From NCBI RefSeq assembly GCF_036971445.1, contig NC_091477.1:94550001-94614000 (forward strand): DNA of 64,000 nucleotides, written 5' to 3'. Both the position numbers and the translations under genes were made by a program. This DNA is from Narcine bancroftii (lineage: Eukaryota). The number at the start of each line of letters is the position of its first letter. Within the stretch, counting starts at the first letter, position 1. Below are positions 13,831 through 24,680 of this stretch, one piece after another. Under the pieces are notes generated by a model. That model saw nothing but the letters and a program-made list of their open reading frames with translations, searched no databases and was not told the origin of the DNA.

Positions 13831-15120
13831 AGAACATAAGAAATAGCAGGAGTAGGCCATCCGGCCTGTCAAGCCTGTTCTGACATTCAATAAGTTCATG
13901 GCTGATCTGATACATTGACTCAACTTCACCTACCTGCCTGTTCCCCATATTCCTTTTTGATGTAAAAATCTAACTAAACCTTAAATATGTTTAATGAAGT
14001 AGCCACAACTGCTTCCCTGGGCAGAGAATTCCATAGTTTTACTAATCTCTGGGAAAAACAGTTTATCCTCATCTCTATCTACTCCCCTGAATCTTGAGGC
14101 TGTGTCCTCTAGTTCTGGTCTCACTTACCAGTGAAAACAATTTTCCTACCACTATCTTATTTTCCCTTTCATAATTTTATATGCTTCTATAAGATCTCCT
14201 TTCATTCTTCTGAATTCAATTGAGTATAATCCCATGCAATTTAGTAGGTCATCCCCCTCATCTTCAGGATCAACCTGGTGAACCTCCTCTGGACTGCTTC
14301 CAAGGCCAGTATATTCTTCCTCAAGTATGGAGACCAGAACTTCACACAGTACTCCAGGTGCGGCCTCACCAGTACCTTGTACAGTTGGAGCATGAGCTCC
14401 CTGCTCTTGAATTACTCCAAAATGAAGGCCAACCTTCTATTTGCCTTCTTAATAACTTGTTGTACCTGCAACCCAACTTTTTACCATTCATGCACAAGCA
14501 CTCTTAAGTCCTTCTCCACTACAGCATGCTGCAGTTTGTCACCATTTAAATAATAATCTACTCTTCTATTCTTCCTACCAAATTGGATGACCTAGCATTT
14601 ACTAACATTGTCCTCCAACCGCCAGACCTTTGCCCACTCACCTAACTGAACTATATCCTTCTGCAGCCTCTCCACATCCTCTGTACAATTTGCTTTTCCT
14701 CTCAATTTAGAATCATCTGCAAACTTGGCTACACTACATTCTGTCTCAAATGGTGAACAGCTGCAGGCCTAGCTCCTAGCTCCGACCCCTGCGGCACCCC
14801 ACTCACCACTTTCTGGCAATTAGAAAAACACCCATTTATCCCGACTCTCTGCCTTCTGTCAGTTAACCATACTTCCCGCGACTCCATTCATCTATATTTT
14901 ATTAATAAGTCTCTTGTGCGGCACCTTATCATACGCCTTCTGGAAATCTAAATATACAACATCCACCTGTTCCCCTCTATCAACTGCATGCATTATATCC
15001 TCAAAGAACTCCAGCAAGTATATCAAATAAGACCTGCCCTTTCTGAATCTATCTTGCATTTGCTTGATGAAACCCTTTTGTTCTAAATGTCTCATTATTT
15101 CATCCTTAATGGCTACACCC
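13830..15120 (-). mobile_element. CR1 LINE 3' part
   Basis: YLLEFFED...DVVYLDFQKAYDKVPHKRL RT motif, RPHLEYC region, CR1 3' end (agaacataagaaatagcaggagtaggcc) at 13831. Confidence 0.88.
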
Positions 15121-15129
15121 CTTCTTAAA

Positions 15130-15430
15130 AAGTGGTGGAGCATTTGCTGTCTTCCGATGCAATTGATGATTGCTGCTGCTCTCTGACGGTAGTATTCCCT
15201 GTTGATGTTCTCAATGGTGGGAAAGGGTTTGCCTTTGACGTCCTGGGGTGTGTCCACTACCTTTTGGAGGGCTTTACGCTCATGGTATTGGTGTCCCCAT
15301 ACCAGACTGTGATGCAGCTGGTCAGCACACAGTCCGCAACACATCTGTAGAAATTTGCCAGGGTTTTCGATATCATACCAAACCTCCACAAATTCCTGAG
15401 GAAATAGAGGTGTTGATGAGCCTTCTTCAC
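15130..15430 (-). mobile_element. Rex1/Babar fragment
   Basis: KKAHQHLYFLRNL...NFYRC...CITVWYG in ORF 15257-15559. Confidence 0.75.
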
Positions 15431-16099
15431 AATACCATTAGTGTGTGATCTTGAGTAATTGACATGATCAATAAGTGGAAAAAGAATCTCAGGGTTGCAT
15501 ATACTCTGACGATAAATTTGAACTTTGATAATCTGTTTTGTGGAGGCACTAATTAACATAAATATTGCTTAGGGCATTTGATAAACTTCTTCGCTCAGTT
15601 TCAAACACTACATTGTGACAATGGTTCCTTGGTGTCAATAAAAAGATAAGCAATCTAACAATGTCTCACTCAGAATGACAGAGAAGCAGCAGTGTCGTCA
15701 AACTCTGGAATGGGGCTTGACCATTCCTTTGAACCATTCCGATTAGAGGGCCACCTTTCATTTTACAGGGAGGGGGGGGGGGGGGGAGATAAAAGATTCC
15801 CACGATGGTTTTTTTTTCAAAGGAGCATTCTTAGCGAGTATTCACAATGACTTTGCCATTCATGGGTCCTCACTCTAGGGTCTTCTCCATCCAGTAAGTG
15901 TCCCCAAGTCAATTCTGCAACCCACCCCAGTGCTCCAAGGTCGGCGGGCTGACCCCAATGCAATTCGTTACATGGCGTGATACAATTTCTAAATCTGCTG
16001 ACTCACCATGAGCATTCGCTTCCTTCCAAGATAAATAGAAGGTAACTATAAATCCGAAGAGTTAAGTTAAATCGCAATGAATTCATTTTGAAACGGGAA

Positions 16100-16760
16100 G
16101 AAAAGCAAACTCGGTAAGTTGTTCGCACACGAGTAATCTCGACGACATGGCAAGGACATGAAGGTGACCGATGTTGACCACGCTGCTGGGCACAACCAAA
16201 ACGCAGCGCTCACTCAGGGCCATAATAGTCACAAAATGGTGTTGGAGTGGCTGGGGAGGAGGCCACGTGTCTCCATGGTGACGCGGCGTGGCGCTCAACC
16301 CCTCAGAATCGGCCACGTCACTGGCGTCCAGTGGGAGGGACCGGCCGGGCCGGGCAGGCGCATGAGGTGAGGAGAGGACGGTGTGCTTCAAGCCTCGGGC
16401 CGCTTGCCCAGCGGCGTCCTGTGCTTGGGGCCTTGGGCGGAGTGCGTCCAGAGCAGGTGGCCCCACGGAGACCAGGGGGGGATTTCCGGCCTCGCGGTCG
16501 GGGTGCTTGGGGCTGGCAAGGCGAAGGGGAGCCGACATTGCGGCTCCTACTCAGAGGTGTTCGCTTTGACGTTGGTGTGTGTGAGCGCTGTAAAAGTCCA
16601 CGCGTCCCTCGGCGCAGAGCAAGTAACGAGGACGTACTTTGCATTTGACTAGGGCCCGCTATCTGAGCCACTGGCGAGGGCCTCCTGGCTGGAGGACGAG
16701 CCGCGGTCACTTGAGGGGTTGGTTGTGTCGCTAATAAGCCGATTGTGTCATCAACGCGGT
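16100..16760. promoter_or_regulatory. CpG island; promoter and non-coding first exon of SLC33A1, possibly bidirectional
   Basis: Sharp rise in GC and CpG content in non-repetitive DNA ~4 kb upstream of the first coding exon. + strand donor GAG|GTGAGG at 16366/16367. - strand donor ATG|GTGAGT at 16007/16006. CCACGTGT at 16263-16270 and CCACGTCA at 16313-16320. Confidence 0.75.
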
Positions 16761-17791
16761 CAGAATACTTTTGAATAGGATAATCTTGAGCATGTTACAA
16801 CACTTCTTTTTGCATGAAACAAGTCAGCAAATTACGGCATTTTCCGTAGTCATTGCATTTCGAAGTAACTGCTTTGCTGCACAAGAAATACTTTAAACTG
16901 ATTTCACTCTACGATATTGGTGGCTATCTATTTGATCAGAGAATCATGATGTTTATTATTGTACACCATTGCACAGACATTTGCTGCAGGCTTGTGACAG
17001 TTCCTTGGTACCTGGCTCCAGAGATCTTTTGATTTATATGGACTCCCAGGAACTTGAAGGCACTAACTCGCTCCACCTCGTCCCATCAGTGCAGACAGGT
17101 GTGTCGTCCCTTGGCCTCCTGTTCCTAAAATCCACAATAAGCTCCTTGGTCTTGCTGAAGTTGAGAACAAGATTGCTGGCTTGGCACCACCCAACCAGAT
17201 TTTTGATCTCTTCCTTGTTTCACTTTATTCTTCTGTCCATGATGGTGTTAGTGGCAAATTTATAGATCGTTTTGGAATGGAACTTGGCTTTGGACAGGGC
17301 ACAATGCAGGCAGCCTTGAGGTGCCTGTGTTGATTGTCAGCCAGGAGGATGTTGCCAATTGCATTGATTGGGGTCTATCAATCAAGAAGTCAAAAATCCA
17401 GATGCAGAGAGACGCACAGAGTGCCAGATCCCTTTGTTTGGTTGTATATTTTGCTTGTATGATGGTGTGTGCTGTAATCCATAAGCAACGGTCTGACATG
17501 GAAGATCTTGTGGTGGAGAGGAGTCACGTGATGGAGTAGTGGCCGGACGGTGAACTCCAGCCCTCTCCAGAAAAGTCGGGAAAAACAAAAGAAAACACAA
17601 AGGCACAGAAATAAAAGTTACAGAAAAGTGAGTATAAAGGTGGAAAGAAGATGGCGACAAAAAAAGAAAAATCGAAAGCAACGGTAAGAAGAGAGGAAGA
17701 GAAGAAGAGAAGACAAAGGAGGAAAAAGGCCTTACCTGTCCGAAGAGGCCCGCTGTGGAGAGAGAAACCCGCTCCCTCAGGTCGGTAAATA

Positions 17792-18877
17792 ATGGACTAC
17801 AAAAATGGCTCGCAGAGCCGAGTAAAAGTGCGCAACCGCGCATGCGCGATACTTCGCGCATGCGCGATGCGAATGAAAATAAAACACACCGACGGGAGGG
17901 GGGACCAGCTGGGGAGTCGATCTCCACAGCCGGCAACGACAGCTGCAGAACACCTGCAGCAAGAAGAGACCACAGAAGACAATAGAAACAAGAAAGAAGA
18001 GGAGGAAAGGGCACCAAAGAAACAACAGATGGCCAACCCAGAGGAAGAAGAAGAGGAAGAGTACAGTGAAATAGAAGAAGAAAAGAAAGGCAAGGTAAAG
18101 GATATACTTGCTCTTATTAAAGGATACATGGAGTCATTTAAAGAATGGCAAACACAGGAATTTAAGGATTTAAGAAAAAGAATAAACAACACAGAAGAGA
18201 AAATAAATAAAATGGAGATGACCTTAACAGAAATGGGAAAGAAAATGGACAAGATGGAAGAGCGGGCAGTAGCAGCAGAAATGGAGGTAGAAGACTTAAA
18301 AAAGAAATTGGAGAAATCTAATAAAAAAACTAAAGAGACACAAGAACTACTAGCTGAAAAAATAGATACAATGGAAAACCATAACAGAAGAAATAACATA
18401 AAGATAGTGGGCCTTAAGGAAGATGAAGAAGGCAAGAATATGAAGGAGTTTATAAAAGAGTGGATCCCTAAGACCCTAGGATGTCCAGAACTACAGCAAG
18501 AAATGGAAATAGAAAGGGCACAAAGAGTATTGGCCTCTAAACCACAACCACAACAAAAACCAAGATCTATTGTAGTAAAATTCCTAAGATATACTACAAG
18601 AGAAAAGGTACTGGAGAAGACAATGGAAAAAGTAAGAGAGGGCAACAAACCACTGGAGTATAAAGGGCAAAAAATCTTCATTTATCCAGATATAAGTTTT
18701 GAACTCCTAAAGAAGAGAAAAGAGTTCAATACAGCAAAGGCGATTTTATGGAAGAAAGGGTATAAATCTATACTAAAGCATCCAGCGGTATTGAAAATAT
18801 TTATTCCAGGACAACAAAACAGACTATTCTCGGATCCAGAAGAAGCACGAAAATTTGCAGAACAATTACAAAAATAG
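17792..18877 (+). CDS. LINE-1 ORF1p (coiled coil, RRM and CTD; Transposase_22-like), open
   Basis: 361-codon open frame with heptad coiled coil, ENHNRRNNIKIVGLKE, EIERAQR, PRSIVVKFLRY, IFIYPDIS. The true start may be the ATG at 18029. Confidence 0.9.
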   Translation: MDYKNGSQSRVKVRNRACAILRACAMRMKIKHTDGRGDQLGSRSPQPATTAAEHLQQEETTEDNRNKKEEEERAPKKQQMANPEEEEEEEYSEIEEEKKGKVKDILALIKGYMESFKEWQTQEFKDLRKRINNTEEKINKMEMTLTEMGKKMDKMEERAVAAEMEVEDLKKKLEKSNKKTKETQELLAEKIDTMENHNRRNNIKIVGLKEDEEGKNMKEFIKEWIPKTLGCPELQQEMEIERAQRVLASKPQPQQKPRSIVVKFLRYTTREKVLEKTMEKVREGNKPLEYKGQKIFIYPDISFELLKKRKEFNTAKAILWKKGYKSILKHPAVLKIFIPGQQNRLFSDPEEARKFAEQLQK

Positions 18878-19016
18878 ACTGAGGGAGGAAGACGGGTAAT
18901 GAGAGTTAAAATGATCACGATTGATATGTATGTGGGTAAAGACAAAAATAGACTGAGGGATGAAGACGGGTAATGAGAGTAAAAATGATCACGATTGATA
19001 TGTATGCGGGTAAAGA
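18869..19016 (+). repeat. 74-bp tandem duplication at the ORF1 stop / inter-ORF spacer
   Basis: caaaaatagactgaggga...gggtaaaga begins at 18869 and again at 18943, with few mismatches. Confidence 0.9.
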
Positions 19017-20618
19017 GGTATAAGAGTGAATAGAGACAATGTGCATACGTGAATGTATCTGTACTTAGAGGAAAATATAGATAGTATAGACAAGAATTAA
19101 TAAGGGAAGGCAATGGAATAGAGAGAATAAGGAGGGAATTAAAAGAGTGACCTTTGTGACATATGAAAAGTGAAATCTTTTCTGGGGGGGCGGGGTGGGG
19201 GGAAATAGCGGTCACTGCAAAATCAGTTGACGCTTGCGAGTGGATTCGCAAATCCAAATGGAGAGGGGAGATGTGGTTGTCCGACAAGGGATAAAGGACA
19301 ACTCAGGAGGTGAAGTGGAGATTGGGGATAAATAAGATAGAAATAGGAGAATAAGGAAAATGTTGGATGTTGTAGGAATGTTGTCTTATAAAGAGTTGAA
19401 AAGAAGAAAACAGAAATGGAAAAGGAGGAAAGGTAATGATGGAAAAACGGAAAGAGAAGATAAACAAAATATAAAAGGGCTACGCTGAACTATATGTCTT
19501 TAAATATTAATGGAATACATAACCAAATTAAAAGGAAGAAACTACTAAATTTAAATGAATAAATGTATTCCATTAGAAAAAATAACATATAGGTTAAAAA
19601 ATAATATTGAAATATTCGAACAAGTATAGGAGCCTTACATTAAATACAATAGGGAAAACCTACCGGGGACAAACATTACCTAAGTTGATGGAAGGAGAAG
19701 GAAAGAAAAGAATGGACTCAGTAGAATTTCTGGTGTAATTTTGTTGAATGACAACATTGTCTGACTGGCTTAATGCAACCTAGATTGTATACCTAAAATG
19801 GATGAGGGGGGGGGGGTTTGGGAGGAAAGTGGGGGGGGGGAGAAAAAGTCACTGTATATGTGTGAAAAAGAAATAGTGCATATCATGGCTAATGTGATTT
19901 ATGGTGTGAAAAATAAAAAATTAAAAAAAAAGATCTTGTGGTGCAGGTGATCTATTGCAGAGTGGTGGGCAAGTGAGATGGTGTCTGCCATTGAGTTGGA
20001 ATGATAAACAAATTGAAGTGGGTCCATGGTCTTTTTGCTCCATAACCAACCTCTCAACGTATTTCATCTCGACAGGTGTCAGTGCCACCAGCTAATGGTT
20101 GTTGAGGGATGTCACCTTGAACTACTTGGGCACTGGAATAATGAGTGTTTTTTATAAGCAGGTGGGGACCTTTGTCCATTGTAGCGAGAGGCTGAAAATG
20201 ACAACAAAAAACAGCTAATTTGTTCAAACAGGTTGAAAGGATGCGGGGAGGTACACCCCCTGGTCCGAATGTTTTCTGAAGATTCGCCCTCCTGAAGGTT
20301 CTGTTCATGTCAGTCTCATAAACTGGGAGGACAGAATTGCCAGGAATTGTGGGGGCTTGAGGTTCTTTATTGTTATCCCTTTCAAAGCAAAAGTGCATGT
20401 AAAATGCTTGATGGAAGAATTTCAATTGAGCAATTTTGAATTTTTTTAAAAATTGGATGTTTTTGGTAGTATACTTGTAACCTAGGAAAGTACTTTTAGA
20501 AAAAAATGGCTTTTATATTAGCATTTAATATCTGGAAATTATCAGTCCAATCTTTTCTATTGCTTTTAGACTCCAACCAATGTATTTTGATTGAAGAACT
20601 CTGGTATTTGGATCTGAC

Positions 20619-21369
20619 ATGTCGTCATCAGATAAAACCAAAGAACGCAGTAGACACCGTGTTCAAAATCTGGATGCAGCTTCGGGCATGCAAAATGCTG
20701 TGTACAACTATGAAGCTAGTTTGGAAATTGATGATAAAGCGGACTCTTTGAAAAACATTGACAATGGATTATTCAAACGTAATCATAACACTGTTCTTAA
20801 AAGTGATCTCAATAACATTTTATTACTCCTGTTCCTCTATGTCTTGCAGGGAATTCCACTTGGTGTGGCTGGAAGTATCCCACTAATATTGCAGAGCAAA
20901 AATGTTAGTTATTCAGACCAAGCTATTTACAGCTTTGTATTTTGGCCTTTCAGTCTGAAACTGCTATGGGCACCTTTAGTGGATGCTGTTTATTTTCCAA
21001 GTTTTGGACGGAGAAAATCGTGGCTCGTGCCAACTCAATATTTTCTGGGGATTTTTATGTTTTTTCTGTCATTTAAAGTGGATGAATTACTGAAAAGTGA
21101 TGAACATACGAGCCCTGATATTATTAAAATTACAGCTGTATTTTTTATGTTTGGATTCCTGGCTGCAACACAGGATATAGCTGTAGATGGTTGGGCATTA
21201 ACAATGTTGTCAAAGGAAAATGTGGGACTTGCATCTACTTGCAATTCAGTTGGACAGACAGCAGGGTACTTTCTGGGGAATGTACTCTTTTTGGCACTGG
21301 AATCAGCAGAATTCTGCAACAAGTATGTACGCACCCAACCTCAACCATTTGGAATTGTTACACTAGCAG
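20619..21369 (+). CDS. SLC33A1: Acetyl-CoA transporter 1, coding exon 1 (exon acceptor at 20570)
   Basis: LLLFLYVLQGIPLG, WPFSLKLLWAPLVD, GRRKSWLVP, AATQDIAVDGWALTMLS, ASTCNSVGQTAG. Acceptor ttttag at 20569, donor CAG|gtaaag. 751 nt, phase 1. Confidence 0.97.
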
Positions 21370-21814
21370 GTAAAGTGATAATTATTTGCAGTTCAATGTT
21401 CTTGTTTATCAATACTGGGAGGCATTAATGCTAAAAGTATTATTGCATTCTGACTCATAACATTGCTAATACGAATGTTTGCCGATTTTTCTTTGTCTTT
21501 TGCAGTTCAGCCATTTTCCTCATTAGCTCAATAATTTCATTTGCATGATCTTTATTTAACTCCAGATGTTGGGCTTCAATGATAAACCATAGTGAATGTC
21601 TCCCAGAAATTCACATGCATATCTTCTTGAGTTTTAATTTTTTTTTAAATTACATTTTAGATCATTTTTGGTTCAGTGACTGATGTCTTTTCAAACACTG
21701 AATAATGTATTCCCTCTCTTGCACTGAATTCCCAAAACTGCTGAGACAAGAATCAAAGCGAGGAAATTAAATGACTTTTCGTGGCTTATACGAAGAGGCG
21801 AAATGCAACAATTA

Positions 21815-22519
21815 GCCCCTTTCAAGCCACCAACCCTCCGAGGCCCACTGCACCCGGGGAGCCTTTCCCACTGCACCATTATTTATCTGGTTCATCCAGA
21901 ACTTGGCATTTTAAGCGGGGGGGGGAGGTCCCACCTCCAGCAGTGACATCACAAGTTACGGATTACATACTTGCAGGGCAGTGAAATCGTAGCAGAATAA
22001 AGCTCATGCGCACTCGATGTATAATAAACCGTGGGGGAAAAAATGTGCCCAATTTAATATGTGCTCAAAGTATAATAGACAGTGGGGAAAATTACCACAA
22101 TGGGCTTTAGTAGTAGGACAAACCCACAGATCAGCATGTCATTGTTCCCTAAACAATCGAGTATAACAACAATTTACTAGCATTATATTGTATTGGGTAT
22201 TAAAAGCACAGGTATGCGCTGACAGCCCCCCAGCCACACTGACTGCACAGTTCTTTCACAGTGCGGTTAGCCAGGACATTACTGCTAGCTGCGGTCTGAA
22301 AGACTGACGCAAGCACGCAGGCCCTAATGGTAATCAGTAATTCGAGTAGACCATTCACATCGCCACAGAGTGATTAACAAGTTAACTCAGCCGGGTTCTG
22401 ACACTTGCCTCTACCAAGAGTCGGACCCTGGTTGGAATCTTTCACACCGCCAGTTTATCTGCTCCAGACAAACTAATTTGGCTGGTTCAACCCACTTGTA
22501 CTTGGTGGTATGAAAGGGC
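21815..22519. mobile_element. Harbinger-like MITE
   Basis: TIRs gcccctttcaagccaccaa / ttggtggtatgaaagggc (one indel) with TTA/TAT flanks. Termini resemble the 371-1341 element. Confidence 0.6.
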
Positions 22520-23029
22520 TATAGTCTTCCATTGCATGACTTCGGGACCAGTCTCACACCCTCTGGCATTAAAGTTTGGCTGTTTGTCATCCACTTTTTG
22601 TATATGAATGAATATATTCAGTGGATTAACAAAACATGTTCTAGTGTTATATAATCCTTCATAATTGGGTAAAACTGATGATCAATAAGCAAAAATGTCC
22701 TGAGGGTTATTTAAATTTTCAAAGGCAAGACACTCCTAACATATCAATTGAAGATAAAACTGTAGTTGATAAGAAAATACATATGGATTAATTCCTAACT
22801 GAAGAATCTTGGGGCTATCAATATGAAATTGGGAAATCTATTATGTATAGATAAAGGTGATAGAAGCTTGGAACACTCTTTTGCAAATGGTAGCTGATTA
22901 CCTGTTAACTTTAAACCTGGTGATAAGACCTTTACAAACCTATTTGGGAATATAGGGAAACAATAAAGGATACCTGACAGCTTTGGCAGAGCCTAAATTA
23001 CATAACCTGCAATAAACCCAAATTTGGTG

Positions 23030-23830
23030 CAGTAGGAGAATGCAAATCTTCACTTCCAGATTAACTCAATGCCTTCTCCACCCAATTCAACCACAAGAAC
23101 AGGAAAGAACTACCACTGCACACCCTTTTGTCCCCGATTATCCACTCCTGTCCATATCTGAGGATGACCTATAGGCTGCCTTCAAGAGAGTGAATTTGAG
23201 GAAAGCGTTCACTCTGACCAGAGAAGCTGGCCGAGAATTTAATATCTGTGCTGACTAACTTACCAATGTATTCATGGATATCTTCAACATCTCACTCTGG
23301 CAGGTGTCAATGCTACCAGTGCCCAAGAAGAGTGTGGTAACTTGCCTAAATGACCATCAACCACTGACATCACATGAACAGTGATGGTGTTTTGAAAGGC
23401 TGGTGTTGAAGCACATCAGTTTTGACAGTTGGAATGGAAAACCAGAGATGTATAAACCAGTAATCGTTTGGTGATCAGAGGTGGAGAGGCTGAGTAAATT
23501 TGTTTTTGGGAGTCACTATCTTGGAGGATCTTTCCTGAGCTCGACACACTAATAGCATTGTGAAGAAGCACTTCAGCACCTTTACTTCCTCAGGAGTTTG
23601 CAGAGTTTGATATGACATTGAAAACCCTGGCAAATTTCTGCAGACGTGTAGTGGAAAGTGTGCTCTCCAGCTGCATCACAGTCTGGTATGGGGACATCAA
23701 TACCCCTGAATGTAAAGCCCTGCAAAAGGTAGTGGACTCAAAACCCTCCCCACCATTGAGAACATTTGCAGAGAACACTGCTGTCGGAGAGCAGCAGCAA
23801 CGAAGGATCACGTTGATGGACTTGATCTGT
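23030..23830 (+). mobile_element. Rex1/Babar fragments
   Basis: LNAFSTQF, DIFNISL, PVPKKSVVTCLND and NFCRRVVESVLSSCITVWYG remnants with internal deletions. Confidence 0.75.
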
Positions 23831-24486
23831 CGGCTATCTTTTTGAAGAATATTATGGCCTTGAGGGATCAAATAATATCTCGTGCTTTTTTTTTCATGTA
23901 AGGAGTCTGCAGCTATTTTGTATAATTCAACAGAATATAATGTTATAAGGCTTACTTTAAAAATGGTATAATTTTATTTCATCACATTGCTCTCCCTGCT
24001 TGAGCTTTAATCTGGAGTTTGAGTTTGTACTGATGGAACCATGAGAGTTTACAACACAGAAAAGGGCCTTGGACCGGCCATGCATCAGCCAACCCTTCTT
24101 TGGTGTAATCCAAACCAAACTTCAATGACCTCTGCCTTTCCAAAAGCATAGTCTTTCTCTGCTACGTCTATTATTTGCCTTTTTTTAAAATCATGCATCA
24201 GCACTTTTCTATTCATTCTATCAAGTAACATTGTATCATCTCAATCCTGAAGTTGTTTTTAAATTAAGAGACTTCTTTTTCTTAAGATCTGAACTGAAAG
24301 CAAGCTGTTTTGAAGATATGCATGTTGTATGGTGGTTCTGTAGATGTCCTTCATGTAGTATTACAGGACCTACCTACTTAGTTTTAAATGTAAATATGAT
24401 CATGTTATTTTCTATAGTATTGCAACCGTCTACTTTGGAAAAAGTTCTGGATCTTTCACTTCTATATTTAAATTCTCTACTTTCAG

Positions 24487-24680
24487 ATTTTCTATTTTAC
24501 TGGGGAATAATTTTCGTGGTGACAACAACTTTGGTTATGGTTCTAAAAAAGGAAAACCTGAGACATGCATCATTGCAACACGTTGCTCAGCAAGGAATCA
24601 AGGAAACCTACAAGTCACTCATTTGTATAATAAGGATGCCTGCTATCTTAAATTTCTGCATCCTTCTACTAACATCAAAA
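24487..24680 (+). CDS. SLC33A1: SLC33A1 coding exon 2
   Basis: tttcag|(D)FLFYWGIIFVVTTTLV...LLLTSK|gtaagc. 194 nt, phase 1 to 0. Confidence 0.96.

Larger units (their letters stand above)
17516..19929 (+). mobile_element. L1-derived element: 5' UTR, intact ORF1, ORF2 almost entirely deleted, 3' UTR and poly(A)
   Basis: Perfect 14-bp TSD AAGATCTTGTGGTG (17502-17515 / 19930-19943). The endonuclease start (LNYMSLNINGIHNQIKRKKLL, ~19480-19552) is fused to the ORF2 end (aatgaataaatgtattccatt, homologous to 7588-7608). Confidence 0.93.
16990..20420 (-). mobile_element. Decayed Rex1/Babar LINE split by the L1 insertion (pieces ~16990-17515 and 19944-20420)
   Basis: LCASLCIWIFDFLIDRPQS left of the L1 and FRRANLQKTFGPGGVPPRIL right of it. 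The two pieces are contiguous once the TSD-bounded L1 is removed. Confidence 0.75.

Noticed and set aside
14892-15389. 165-aa apparent hybrid ORF
   Set aside because: Chance read-through from an off-frame Rex1 fragment into an adjacent CR1 fragment.
16205-16225. - strand ATGGCCCTGAGTGAG as a possible GMPS first exon (GMPS is head-to-head with SLC33A1 in human)
   Set aside because: Only MAL matches MALCNGDSK, and I found no other GMPS exons in 1-16000.
16083-16710. Several overlapping 60-150-aa ORFs in the CpG island (likewise 59647-60613)
   Set aside because: Expected in GC-rich DNA. No recognisable domains apart from the C3orf33 exons.
17797-18681. 294-aa and other long antisense ORFs over the L1 (17382-18017, 18682-19287)
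   Set aside because: Shadow ORFs: the purine-rich sense strand leaves few antisense stops, and the products are low-complexity S/F/L sequence.
21370-21428. ORF-track extensions of SLC33A1 exons (also 24231-24486, 44654-44680, 44705-44797)
   Set aside because: Read-through into introns beyond clear splice sites.
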